Of a DNA stretch of 64,000 nt, positions 30,106-40,283 are shown piece by piece. Position numbers and translations under genes: made by a program. A model generated the notes under the pieces. It did not search any database. It was not told the origin of the DNA and saw nothing but the letters and a program-made list of their open reading frames with translations. Position 1 is the first letter of the stretch; the number at the start of each line of letters is the position of its first letter. The DNA comes from a virus: positions 39,676-103,675 of the IMG/VR virus record IMGVR_UViG_3300037502_001322; one strand, 5' to 3'.

Positions 30106-30489
30106 ATGAAACGCTGGTTTATTAAAGTTGGAATAGATTCTGTTGTATGGACTTTGTTGGTGTCAGGTCTTGTTTTTGGCATTGGTGTGCCATATACAGT
30201 GAATGTAGGGTTACTATTTATTTGGGTGACTATTTGTTTAGGTCTTATTATAATACTAGGTTTGCAAGCTGCTATAAAAATGAATGATCTGGAGTCAATA
30301 CTTGCCGAATGGAAACCATCAACCAAAGCAGATAACTATTATCTTATATTCACTTGTGTTTGTGAGATTGTATTCCTTGCAGCTTTCGGTTATTTTATAA
30401 CAGCACTCTGTTTCACAATAGTGCAAGTGTTTTGGTATATTTCGAAAGGGATGGTTGATGAACAAATGAGTAAAGTCAAAGGAGAGTAA
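30106..30489 (+). CDS. Membrane protein
   Basis: About four hydrophobic segments; SD AGGAG. Confidence 0.65.
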   Translation: MKRWFIKVGIDSVVWTLLVSGLVFGIGVPYTVNVGLLFIWVTICLGLIIILGLQAAIKMNDLESILAEWKPSTKADNYYLIFTCVCEIVFLAAFGYFITALCFTIVQVFWYISKGMVDEQMSKVKGE

Positions 30490-30644
30490 AATGTCAACAG
30501 AATGGTTTTGCATTGATGTTAAGAAAAGGTTTTTATGGTTTGTATTGTTCAATCGTTCTGTGACAATCACAGATCGTAAGGTTAACAAACCTCGTCATTC
30601 AATTAAGAACGGCCCTCGTAAAGAGACATTGCTTTTCAATCGTT

Positions 30645-31163
30645 TTGGTGTTAATATTCAAAAACTTGAGTGATTTAATTGAGAGTATGTTTATGTTTGA
30701 GCCAAAGAACGAAAACGTAGATCATATAAATATCTACTCTAAAAGTAAAACAGAGTTAGGTAGATTATTAACTAATTTTGCAAAAACACCTTTTACTTAT
30801 GAACCTTATGGTAGTTTTCAATCTGTAGAAGGGTTTTGGTATTACTACTTGACAGGATGTAAACACGAAAAGTTTAAAGAACTTTATGGGTTTAAAGCTA
30901 AACAAGAAGGCAAGTTGGTTAGGGAAGATAGGAAAGATACTAATGGTCTTACTGAACAAGACAAAGAGATTCTACTGGAAGCTATACGATGTAAACTAAG
31001 ACAAAATAAATATATTTGTAGAATGTTGAAAGAATCTGAATTACCTTTTGCTCATTATTATTGGTACGGAGAAGAGGACAATCCAAAGGTGTATGAACTT
31101 AATCAGTATCAATGGATTGTCGATGAGTTTGAAAGATTGAGAAAACTTCTTAAAAACAAATAG
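30645..31163 (+). CDS. NADAR-related phage protein
   Basis: HINIYSK..T.LG..L.NFA.TPF..G.F.SVEG.W; start probably near 30687. Confidence 0.5.
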   Translation: MVLIFKNLSDLIESMFMFEPKNENVDHINIYSKSKTELGRLLTNFAKTPFTYEPYGSFQSVEGFWYYYLTGCKHEKFKELYGFKAKQEGKLVREDRKDTNGLTEQDKEILLEAIRCKLRQNKYICRMLKESELPFAHYYWYGEEDNPKVYELNQYQWIVDEFERLRKLLKNK

Positions 31164-31171
31164 GAGGTTCT

Positions 31172-31804
31172 ATTTCATTAATTTTTAGTTGTGACACTTC
31201 CCTTTCAAAGTTTGCTATTGTTGCTTGGAGGGAAGACCCTGACAGTAAATGTGGTTGGTCTCCTGTTGGTTCTCATTTGTTTAGAACAGGTAATTCTAAA
31301 GTTAAACAAAAGTTGAAGTCAGTTAGTTATTTTGATTCAACAGAAGGACAAGTTAACTTCTTGACTAATAGTGTTGTTGCTTATATAAAAGAGATAGGAG
31401 TCCCTAAGAGAGTTTATCTTGAAGGGTTATCCTTTATGTCTAAAGGAGACCAGACACGAAACTTGGCTATGGTTTATGGAGTGTTTGTTGATAAACTTCA
31501 CGAACAGTTTGGTTTAGATTGGAAGGATATAGTTCCTGTAGCACCAACATCAATTAAAGCTGTAACACGCAAGTTTTATAAACCAGAAGACCAGTATAGT
31601 ATTAACACTAAAGGTAAGAAGATTCTCAGACCTATTGGTAAAGAAGAAGTCATAGAAATAGCTGAAACTCTACACCCAGACGTTCTTTATGGGTTAGTTA
31701 AATCAAGTCACTCTGAACGTTCAGGTAAGGAGGATTTAAGTGATGCCCTTATGGTGATGTACGCTGGACTGATTAAAGAGGGACACGAGGTTAGGTTTGA
31801 CTAA
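31172..31804 (+). CDS. RuvC-like Holliday junction resolvase (non-canonical ATT start)
   Basis: IFSCDTSLSKFA lies upstream of the track's TTG start; VYLEG, P.S.K, D.SDA. Confidence 0.7.
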   Translation: MSLIFSCDTSLSKFAIVAWREDPDSKCGWSPVGSHLFRTGNSKVKQKLKSVSYFDSTEGQVNFLTNSVVAYIKEIGVPKRVYLEGLSFMSKGDQTRNLAMVYGVFVDKLHEQFGLDWKDIVPVAPTSIKAVTRKFYKPEDQYSINTKGKKILRPIGKEEVIEIAETLHPDVLYGLVKSSHSERSGKEDLSDALMVMYAGLIKEGHEVRFD

Positions 31805-32348
31805 ACGAAGGAAAGTTAGAAGGTCTCAACCCAAACCTAAATCTCCAAGAGTTTCTCTAGAGTTGTCGAATAAATGGATTAAACCACAACAATATAAGAA
31901 GACCAGAGAAGATTTAATTGACTCTCAGGATGGATTGTGTGCTGTTCTAAGAGCGCCCTTGATTAATCCAGTGCTTGACCATAGCCATAAGGATTGTTTG
32001 CAGGAAGGGTACGTCAGGGGTGTTTTAGAAAGCATTGTTAACTTGGTTGAAGGTCATATTAATAAGCTGTGGAAGAAACATCTTGAAAAGAACACTGAAC
32101 TAAGTCTTCCTGAATTTCTTAGGAATTTAGCTGACTATCTCGACAAAGATGTTTCTGATAATCCTTTGCATTATGGTGTTCTTCTTGAACATAAGAAATG
32201 GATTTCAAGATGGAGAAATGAAACTATCATTAAAAGAATAGTTGATATGGATAGGTCATTAAAAGCAGAAACTTTAAACGAAATGAATAAACAAGAATTG
32301 ACTAAAATGTACCTTGAGCTTATAGCTAAAAGGCTTGAGTCTGAATAA
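31797..32348 (+). CDS. Recombination endonuclease VII-like
   Basis: Q.GLC..LDH.H..VRGVL...N..EG. Confidence 0.8.
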   Translation: MTKRRKVRRSQPKPKSPRVSLELSNKWIKPQQYKKTREDLIDSQDGLCAVLRAPLINPVLDHSHKDCLQEGYVRGVLESIVNLVEGHINKLWKKHLEKNTELSLPEFLRNLADYLDKDVSDNPLHYGVLLEHKKWISRWRNETIIKRIVDMDRSLKAETLNEMNKQELTKMYLELIAKRLESE

Positions 32349-33369
32349 TATAATAGAGGAGAATGTTATAGTGACAACAGAAAATGTTAATTGGGTTGAG
32401 TATGAGAAAGTTATTGATACTATTCTGCAATATAAAGTAGATGGTGTAGGTTCACGAACTATTGGTAAGTATCTCGGTATTGGAAAATCTACTGTAAACA
32501 AGTATTATAACTATTACCTGCAAACCGGCAATAAACAGATTAATCTTGGTTCACGACCTAAGATTCACAATAAAGCTAAAGTCCTGTTTCTTGACTTGGA
32601 AGTCTCTGCATCTATTGTGGCTGCTTTCTCTATGTTTAAACACTTTAGCACGCCCGACCACGTTATTCAGTTTCCTTATATTTTGAGCTACGCATACAAT
32701 TGGTTGCACGAAGATGTGAATGACGTATATGGTCGTAAGCTGGATGATTATGAAACTTTTAAACAAGACCACCATTCCGATTATGAGCTAACTTGTGAAC
32801 TGTGGAAACTTGTAGACGAAGCTGATATTATCTGCATTCAAAATGAGGGATTTGATTCTGGGTGGTTCACACAACGGTTCGCGTATCACGGTTTACCACA
32901 ACCAAGCCCGTTCCGTGTTGTTTGCACACTTAAGGGTTTGAAGAAAGCGATGACACTTCCATCTAATTCTCTTGACTACTCTACACGCTATTTTGGTATT
33001 GAGTTTAACAAGATTAAACACGAAGGTATTAGTCTGTGGATTAAGTGTATGGATGGTGACAAGGACGCTCTTGCAAGGATGCTCCAGTATAACATTGGAG
33101 ACATTCCAACACTGCGTGAGCTTTATTTGAAGATTCGTGCATTTATTCCGAATCATCCTAATGTATCATTGTTTGGGTTGTCTGAGGAAATGACTTGTTC
33201 TGTTTGTGGTTCTGATAACCTGACTGAGATTGAAGATAAGTTTGCTTTCACTAATCTTAGCAAATTTCCTTGCTTCCGTTGCAATGACTGTGGTACAGTT
33301 AAGCGTGGCTCAAAGAGTCTTACAACTAAAGAGCAACGTGAATTATTCCTGAGAAATATAACTAAGTAA
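32335..33369 (+). CDS. RNase H-fold 3'-5' exonuclease with N-terminal HTH and C-terminal zinc ribbon
   Basis: FLDLE, N..FD, SLD, YN.GD; C..CGS..C..CG. Confidence 0.8.
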   Translation: MSLNNIIEENVIVTTENVNWVEYEKVIDTILQYKVDGVGSRTIGKYLGIGKSTVNKYYNYYLQTGNKQINLGSRPKIHNKAKVLFLDLEVSASIVAAFSMFKHFSTPDHVIQFPYILSYAYNWLHEDVNDVYGRKLDDYETFKQDHHSDYELTCELWKLVDEADIICIQNEGFDSGWFTQRFAYHGLPQPSPFRVVCTLKGLKKAMTLPSNSLDYSTRYFGIEFNKIKHEGISLWIKCMDGDKDALARMLQYNIGDIPTLRELYLKIRAFIPNHPNVSLFGLSEEMTCSVCGSDNLTEIEDKFAFTNLSKFPCFRCNDCGTVKRGSKSLTTKEQRELFLRNITK

Positions 33370-33382
33370 TTGGAGGTTAGAT

Positions 33383-33772
33383 TTGGCTTGTAATAAGTGT
33401 ATGAGTATTACATCAGGAGAATCTTTCGGGTTTTCTTCTTGTATGTGTGAACTTAAAAAACAAGATGTTATACCTATTAAATCTGACGGAGGTTCAAGTT
33501 CTTATTATGATCTTCAGTTATCTGATAAAGTTGTTGAGTTTATTAAAGAAAACGGTTACGTTAAAACAGAACAATTGATTCGTGATGTATTTGGTAACGA
33601 TTTTGACTTTGCTAATGCTTTCAAATCTCTTGTACGAGCATATAAGACAACTAAAGGTGTAGGTAAGGAAGGTAATGATATTAAGTATGAGTTGAATAAG
33701 ATTCGATATTCGTGCAATAAGATTGAAGAAGAGTATTGTCTTACGGAAATGCCTAAAGAAATAGAAAGATAA
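33383..33772 (+). CDS. Hypothetical phage protein
   Basis: SDGGSSSYY..N.FK..R..K pattern. Confidence 0.6.
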   Translation: MACNKCMSITSGESFGFSSCMCELKKQDVIPIKSDGGSSSYYDLQLSDKVVEFIKENGYVKTEQLIRDVFGNDFDFANAFKSLVRAYKTTKGVGKEGNDIKYELNKIRYSCNKIEEEYCLTEMPKEIER

Positions 33773-33784
33773 TGAGGAAATTTT

Positions 33785-34156
33785 ATGTCTGAGCTTAACG
33801 TACAAGTAGACGGTGACCACTATAATAAAATGAAAATGCAGACTATAAAACTTGTATATAAACTGAACGCAAGTCCTTGCTTCTGTAAGCTCGCTAAGTA
33901 TCTTACGAGAGAAAAAGGAGATAAACTTATCAATCTAAATAAAGCAAGACACTGTATTGAACTTGAACGAGATTTAGTGTCCAAAGGAGAAGGAAATTAC
34001 GACTTTATTGAACGAGGAGACCCTTCAAAAGTTATTTGCGAGTTTACTGAAAACGAGCATATTCAGAATGCTTTGATTCTGATGTATGACCGATATTATG
34101 AAGACGCAATTTTCTATGTGAATGAAATTATTTCAGAATACAAGGGAAGTGCATAA
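33785..34156 (+). CDS. DUF3310-like protein
   Basis: QV.G.HY..Q.I..KY..R.K..L.KA.H. Confidence 0.65.
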   Translation: MSELNVQVDGDHYNKMKMQTIKLVYKLNASPCFCKLAKYLTREKGDKLINLNKARHCIELERDLVSKGEGNYDFIERGDPSKVICEFTENEHIQNALILMYDRYYEDAIFYVNEIISEYKGSA

Positions 34157-34764
34157 TGATTAATTCAGAAAGAAAAACAATTGGGATTGATGTCGATATA
34201 ACATTAGTTGATGTTATATCTCCAAGAAATGGTTGGTTTGATTGGTTAAATTCTATTTCTGGTTGTAAATTTAAGAATTGGTCAACCTTTCACGAAAGTT
34301 GCTGTGATGTTAACGGTATGCTTGATTATGATTTGATTAAATATTTTCCAGAAGTTACCCAATCCGAGGGGTTTAGTTTCTGGCAACAATATAATCTTTA
34401 TCATAAATTCAAACCTCATCCGGATGCCGTTGAGGTTATTAATGAACTTGCTAGAGATTATAATATCCTGTTTGTTAGCATGTGTCAGTCTGGTCACTTT
34501 AAATCTAAGGTTCAGTTCTTGAAGGATAATTTTGATATTACTAAAGGCCACTTTGGGTTTAATGCAACACACGAGAAACATTTTAGTAAGTTTGATATTC
34601 TGATTGATGATAGGAATAAGTTCTTGAATCAAGTGACAAACCTTAAAATTCCAAAGATTAAGTATAGTTCAATTTATACTCAATGCGAAGAGTTAAAAGT
34701 AAGTGTTGACCTTGAGACTAACAATTGGTACAATATCGGAAATTACATTAAAGAATATCTTTAA
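34156..34764 (+). CDS. HAD-family 5'(3')-deoxyribonucleotidase
   Basis: IGIDVD.TL, K..FL, LIDDR. Confidence 0.8.
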   Translation: MINSERKTIGIDVDITLVDVISPRNGWFDWLNSISGCKFKNWSTFHESCCDVNGMLDYDLIKYFPEVTQSEGFSFWQQYNLYHKFKPHPDAVEVINELARDYNILFVSMCQSGHFKSKVQFLKDNFDITKGHFGFNATHEKHFSKFDILIDDRNKFLNQVTNLKIPKIKYSSIYTQCEELKVSVDLETNNWYNIGNYIKEYL

Positions 34765-34962
34765 ATGAAGAAAAAAGTTAAATATGAATTTCCTGCAAAT
34801 ACAAAAATAAAAGTGATTGACAAAGAAACTGGAGATGTTATCATAGAATCACTTAAGTTAGGCAGGAGTTATTGCAGGAAGTCTTTAAACTTGATGTTAG
34901 CTTTTAAACTAAATTTGAATATTTATAGAATTGAAGTTGTTAAGATATGAGGGGCTTGTAAA

Positions 34963-35226
34963 ATGAAAAAGAAACTTATCGCGACAGTACTCGGTCTTAG
35001 TATGATTAGTATTGCAGGTTGCACAGAAGCACAACGAGCTAATATGACTGTATTTAAACTTGGAGATAAAGCTGAACTAACTTGTTACAATTACGGTAAA
35101 ATTATTTATCAAGGAAAGTCTACAGGTAAAGTAGAAGCAAATGATGGTAATCGTTATATCTTTGTAGAAGAAGGTTCTGAGAAAGTAATCAGTGTAAACA
35201 AAGATAATTGTGTAATGGTTTATTAA
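34963..35226 (+). CDS. Lipoprotein
   Basis: Signal peptide with lipobox IAGC. Confidence 0.7.
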   Translation: MKKKLIATVLGLSMISIAGCTEAQRANMTVFKLGDKAELTCYNYGKIIYQGKSTGKVEANDGNRYIFVEEGSEKVISVNKDNCVMVY

Positions 35227-35239
35227 TAAGGAGAATGAT

Positions 35240-36217
35240 TTGAATTATAAGTATGAAGTTCAAGGGAAAGGTTGTATCTCAGCAAAAATTGTAGCCGATA
35301 GTATTTCAGAACAAGGGCAACGAATCACTACTTTTGAAATTGAATATCCTCGATTCATACTTGCTGAATTGAATACACATCGTTTGTTCTCTCGTAATAG
35401 TATGAGCAGTCGTGCTGTACCTATTAGTAAAATGATTGAACAAGTTCGTGATGCCCCAGCAATGCCTATTCACTGGGGTAAGAATCAAGCAGGTATGCAG
35501 GCAAAAGAAGAGTGTAAAGAGCTTGTAAAAGATAACATTGGGAATGTTTTTCATGTCGAAGATTGGTGGCAACTTTCTGCTGATGAAGCTGCGGATGCAG
35601 CAGAACTAATGGATGAGGCAGGTTATCATAAACAGGTGGTTAATCGACTTCTTGAACCATTCCAAATCATGAAGACTGTAGTAACAGCAACAAGTTTTGA
35701 TAACTTCTTTTACCTTCGTTGTCACGCTGATGCACAACCAGAGATTAAAGAGCTTGCTGATTGTATGCATAAATGTTATGTTAACTCTGTGCCAGAGATT
35801 TTATTTTCTGGAGAATGGCATACACCATATGTTGGTCATAAACGTGACCCAGAACGTAAAAATGAAATTATGTATCGTGTTGGTAAAAGTGAATGGTTTG
35901 CTGATCCAGTAATTGCCTTAAAGATATCCGCATCTTGTTGCGCGCAAGTTAGTTATAGATTGCTTGATAATAGCATCGAAAAAGCTATTATGATTTATGA
36001 TAAATTAGTTGAATCTAAACCCGCACATGCTTCTCCCTTCGAGCATCAGGCAAGTCCTATGAAAAAGCATACAAAACCTTTTAGTGATAGCTCTTGGGAG
36101 AAAGGTGTAACTCACTGTGATGTTAATGGTTATGCTTGGAGTGGAAACTTAAAAGGATGGATTCAGTTCAGGCAAACGCTTGACAATCACACTTGTTGGG
36201 AATACAAAGATGAGTAA
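35240..36217 (+). CDS. thyX: Flavin-dependent thymidylate synthase
   Basis: ELNTHRLFSRNSMSSRA; NFF.LR...AQPEI..LA; HASPFEH. Confidence 0.9.
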   Translation: MNYKYEVQGKGCISAKIVADSISEQGQRITTFEIEYPRFILAELNTHRLFSRNSMSSRAVPISKMIEQVRDAPAMPIHWGKNQAGMQAKEECKELVKDNIGNVFHVEDWWQLSADEAADAAELMDEAGYHKQVVNRLLEPFQIMKTVVTATSFDNFFYLRCHADAQPEIKELADCMHKCYVNSVPEILFSGEWHTPYVGHKRDPERKNEIMYRVGKSEWFADPVIALKISASCCAQVSYRLLDNSIEKAIMIYDKLVESKPAHASPFEHQASPMKKHTKPFSDSSWEKGVTHCDVNGYAWSGNLKGWIQFRQTLDNHTCWEYKDE

Positions 36218-36346
36218 GTTTTTAATGATACTACCAGGGTACTTTAAAGTGGGTTCTGTTTTGTTCACCGTTAATCATTCTTATAGTAAATTTGTATTTG
36301 GCAACAAGGTTGCTAATAAAATTGTCAAAGGAGTTTACTACTTATC

Positions 36347-36925
36347 ATGAACAATGATTTAATGTTTAGTTCAGATAATCATAAATGGGCAACCCGTTGG
36401 GAACATTTTGACCAGATATCAGAATTAACAGGCATAGATTTTAAACTTGACCCTTGTGCTGAAGACAACACTGCTAAATGTAATCCATATTTTACAAAAG
36501 AGGATAATGGCTTAAGTCAATGCTGGAACCTTGACTTCTTTGTTAATCCTCCGTACGGTCGGGAACAAATTAACTGGGTTAAGAAAGCTTTTGAAGAATC
36601 TGAGAAATGGGGAACTAAAGGAGTTCTCCTTATCCCAGCAAGAACTGACACAAACTTGTTTCACAATATTATTTGCAGACGAGCTAAGGAAGTGATATTC
36701 TTTGAAGGTAGGTTGGTGTTCGGGACTGATTCTTTCTGGGAAGATTTTTGGAACAGTGAATACATTGATGGTAAATTGAATAAGAAGTATGGTAAAATTG
36801 GTTCATTCAATGCAGCACCATTCCCATCTATACTGGTTGTGGTAGATAGTGCAAATAAAGTAAATGAGACTAAGTTTACTTATGGTGTAAAAGCAGTTAA
36901 AGCTCAATATCAGTACCAATATTAA
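36347..36925 (+). CDS. DNA N6-adenine methyltransferase (phage Dam family)
   Basis: W.T, LDPCA, NPPY, LIPARTDT, GRL.F, APFPS. Confidence 0.88.
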   Translation: MNNDLMFSSDNHKWATRWEHFDQISELTGIDFKLDPCAEDNTAKCNPYFTKEDNGLSQCWNLDFFVNPPYGREQINWVKKAFEESEKWGTKGVLLIPARTDTNLFHNIICRRAKEVIFFEGRLVFGTDSFWEDFWNSEYIDGKLNKKYGKIGSFNAAPFPSILVVVDSANKVNETKFTYGVKAVKAQYQYQY

Positions 36926-36964
36926 GAACATAAAAGTAGCTTAAATAAAAACATAGGAGAATAT

Positions 36965-37546
36965 ATGGGTGCATCAAAGTGGGGTGTTAAAGAGTTGTAC
37001 GTTCCTGAGAAAAATGACCCGATCTTCATTAACATTGATAGTCGGTTGGTGAAGAAACACAATCTATGGAAAGATAATTTAGAATCTGGTAAAACTGAAC
37101 CATCTTATGAAATCGTTAGTGCAATCCTATATTCAATGGGTTTTGATATTAAAGAAGGCTATAATCATTATCACGAAACAATCAGAGATGTTGGTTGTAA
37201 AACACGAGGGTTTAAAACTAAAGTATACTGTGGTAAGCTGAGGAAAGATTTTCAATATGCTAAATATTATGAAGGGATTGATGTTTTGAGTTTCCCATTG
37301 ACTGATAAAGAGATTGAAAATAAAGAATATGAAGTTGTAGATCTATCTGAATATGGTGTAGAATATTTCACTGACATTAACGGCAAAGGTTCTCCAATGA
37401 CTCGGGGTGTTGGTCGCCGCCACGGACCTTACCGCAAATCTGCTAAGATGATAGAAAAGCAAAAGAAGAAAGATCGAGAGATTATGGACCAATGGGAAAA
37501 GGATAACGAAGATCGTCGAAAGAATGGTGGCTCACGAGTTCGATAG
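36965..37546 (+). CDS. Hypothetical protein
   Basis: SD AGGAG; 193 aa. Confidence 0.6.
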   Translation: MGASKWGVKELYVPEKNDPIFINIDSRLVKKHNLWKDNLESGKTEPSYEIVSAILYSMGFDIKEGYNHYHETIRDVGCKTRGFKTKVYCGKLRKDFQYAKYYEGIDVLSFPLTDKEIENKEYEVVDLSEYGVEYFTDINGKGSPMTRGVGRRHGPYRKSAKMIEKQKKKDREIMDQWEKDNEDRRKNGGSRVR

Positions 37547-37554
37547 GAGGACTT

Positions 37555-37824
37555 ATGTTTGGTGAATATATCCTTTGTTCGAAATGTGGAGTGTTACATG
37601 ACAGTAAACACCAATGCGATTGTTTTAGAAAGATGGCAATTCAGGTTAATAATGAAGAAGATAAAGACTTTTATTTTGAACTGTCTAAACTTTTAGGTAA
37701 TTATGGTTGGGGTTACGTTAATCCAGACCGAAACTCAATACTGTATAAACTAAGAATAGTACTTAATGAATATGACGAGATGAATAATAATCTTAAAAGC
37801 ATCAGAGCAGTATTACAGAAATAA
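37555..37824 (+). CDS. Hypothetical protein
   Basis: SD GGAGG. Confidence 0.55.
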   Translation: MFGEYILCSKCGVLHDSKHQCDCFRKMAIQVNNEEDKDFYFELSKLLGNYGWGYVNPDRNSILYKLRIVLNEYDEMNNNLKSIRAVLQK

Positions 37825-37972
37825 TTAACAGAGATAACTTATCATAAAGATTCAACTGATAGATTTAAACGAACAATATAGTTTAGTTTGTCAATTGAAT
37901 TTATCTGATATTTCGGTTAAACTTATTAACCTTTTCGTAAGTAAGAATTAATAGAGAGGAGTTATTAGCACA

Positions 37973-40210
37973 ATGATTAAAACCGTAATCAAACGGGACG
38001 GAAGTAAAGAACCTTTTCAAGCTGAAAAGCTTAACCGATGGGCTGAATATGCAACAAAAATGGGAGGAAGTTGGTCTGAGATAGCTCAAAAAACATTCAA
38101 ACGACTGACAGATCCGTGTACATCTAAAGACATCCACGATATTATGGTTGACGTTTGTCTTGAAAAGCAAACAATGGAATATAGTCGAATTGCTGCTCGA
38201 CTTGAGTTTGCAGAAATTAGAAAAGGCATGCAACATATTTTTGGTGTTGATGATAATAATAGTTTCAAGGAGATTTTCGATAAACTTATTGGTCATGGTT
38301 TGTGGGACAAGTCCTCACTTCCTGAATATAATGTTCTATGGGAAGACTGGTATCAAGAATTACGGCAAACAAGGATGGAATATTGGCAAATTAAACAGTG
38401 GGCGGATAAGTATGCTGTACGACATAATGATGTTGTAGTAGAAACTCCTCATATAGGATTGATGGGGATCGCTTTAGCACTTTACGGAGATACTCAAGAA
38501 TCTTTCGATTATGCTAAAGCTCTTGTTGAAGGTAAAGTGAATCTACCTACCCCCGCCCTGAATGGTTTGCGTAACGGAGACTGGGACACTATTAGCTGCT
38601 GTGTTATTAGTGGTGGAGATACTGTAGACAGTATTGGTGTAGCGGATTATCTAGCATATCGTATGACTGCGAAAAAGAGTGGGATTGGTATTGAATTTAC
38701 TACACGATCTAAAGGAGACAGTGTTAAAAATGGAAGGGTTAAGCACTTAGGGAAGTGGAATATCTATAAGATGGTAGACCGTTCGGTGAAAGCAATGACT
38801 CAGGTTACGCGAGGAGGCAACGCCACAGTCACAGTTCTTGCAATTGATCCAGAGATTGAGAATATCTTATTTTGGAAATCACAACGGGTAGACATAGAGC
38901 AACGTATAGATAAATTAGATTACGAATTTGGATATAATGACGCATTCTTTCAGGCTGTAGTAAAGAATGAACCTTGGTACCTTTTCGGACTAACTGACGC
39001 ACCTGATTTATATGATCTATTCTATTATGCTAAAGCTGATACTTATAATGAAGCAGTTAATAATCACTTAAATAAAGGAACAAAACATAAAAAAATAAGT
39101 GCCAGAGACCTTCTTTCTAAGTTCCTAACGGTGAGGCAAGAAACAGGAAGATTCTATGACCATAACTTGACACGTACAAACGAACATACACCTTTCACTG
39201 ATATTATTAGGCAAAGTAATCTTTGCGAAGAGATCTGTCTGCCTACTAAACCGTATGAAAGTATGCAAGACCTTCTTTCAGAACAATCTATAGGTGAAAC
39301 AGCATTTTGTTCTTTGAGTGCACTAAACGTTGCCAAAATCTCTTTTGAAGAATATGATCGTGTGGCGTACCTTGCATTAAAAGCTGTTGATATTATGATT
39401 GATAAAGCTCCTATGCTCACTAAATCTATGAAGAATTCTATTATGGACCGACGTTCAGTTGGTATTGGTATCACAGGAATGGCAAGTGCATTATACAAGA
39501 ATGGTTTTGACTACGATGGCAGTAAAGGCTCTTTAGATTTTGTACAAAAAATAGCAGAATATCATTACTACTATTTACTCAAGGCTAGCCAGAAAATGAG
39601 TGAAGAAGATGGTATTGTGGTTAAGGGTGTTAAAAAGGATTGGTTACCTATTGACACTGCTATAAACAAAAGTGTAACAGATTTGGATTGGGAAAGTATT
39701 AGGGGTAAAGGACGGAAACATAGTGTATTGGTTGCGCATATGCCGACGGAAGCAAGTTCACTACTAAGCGGATCAGCCAACTCGTTGTATCCTTTACGGA
39801 AAAAAGTAATTAACAAACGTAGTCGTAAAGGATTAGTGCAATTCATTTGCGAAGAATTCGACGAAGCTAAACACAAAACTGCGTGGGATGTAGATAATAT
39901 TTGTCTATCTAAGTATTATGCCCGTGTTCAAGATTTTACAGACCAAGCTATTAGTTGTGATTTTTATGTAGTACCAAGTAAATACCCCGGTGGAAAGGTG
40001 AGCATGGCTCAATTGATGAAGGAATGGGTTGCTCATTCACAATTAGGAAATAAAACAAAGTATTACTTGAACACTAACGATAGTAATGGTGGTTCAATAC
40101 AAGATATTAAGCGTACAACAACCAAAAGTAATTTTAATACTACAACACCCAATACTGTGATTAATGAAGTAGAAGAAGAGGAAGATGGTTGCGAGAGTTG
40201 CAAGTTATAA
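37973..40210 (+). CDS. nrdA: Ribonucleotide reductase class Ia, alpha subunit
   Basis: ATP cone VIKRDG, PTP, SCC, SNLCEEI, YY, C-terminal CESCKL. Confidence 0.95.
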   Translation: MIKTVIKRDGSKEPFQAEKLNRWAEYATKMGGSWSEIAQKTFKRLTDPCTSKDIHDIMVDVCLEKQTMEYSRIAARLEFAEIRKGMQHIFGVDDNNSFKEIFDKLIGHGLWDKSSLPEYNVLWEDWYQELRQTRMEYWQIKQWADKYAVRHNDVVVETPHIGLMGIALALYGDTQESFDYAKALVEGKVNLPTPALNGLRNGDWDTISCCVISGGDTVDSIGVADYLAYRMTAKKSGIGIEFTTRSKGDSVKNGRVKHLGKWNIYKMVDRSVKAMTQVTRGGNATVTVLAIDPEIENILFWKSQRVDIEQRIDKLDYEFGYNDAFFQAVVKNEPWYLFGLTDAPDLYDLFYYAKADTYNEAVNNHLNKGTKHKKISARDLLSKFLTVRQETGRFYDHNLTRTNEHTPFTDIIRQSNLCEEICLPTKPYESMQDLLSEQSIGETAFCSLSALNVAKISFEEYDRVAYLALKAVDIMIDKAPMLTKSMKNSIMDRRSVGIGITGMASALYKNGFDYDGSKGSLDFVQKIAEYHYYYLLKASQKMSEEDGIVVKGVKKDWLPIDTAINKSVTDLDWESIRGKGRKHSVLVAHMPTEASSLLSGSANSLYPLRKKVINKRSRKGLVQFICEEFDEAKHKTAWDVDNICLSKYYARVQDFTDQAISCDFYVVPSKYPGGKVSMAQLMKEWVAHSQLGNKTKYYLNTNDSNGGSIQDIKRTTTKSNFNTTTPNTVINEVEEEEDGCESCKL

Positions 40211-40283
40211 GAGTTAAACGTACTCAAAATTAAATGTTTAAGTTTAGGAGGGTATATTTCAACCCTCCTTAGAAGGAGAATAG

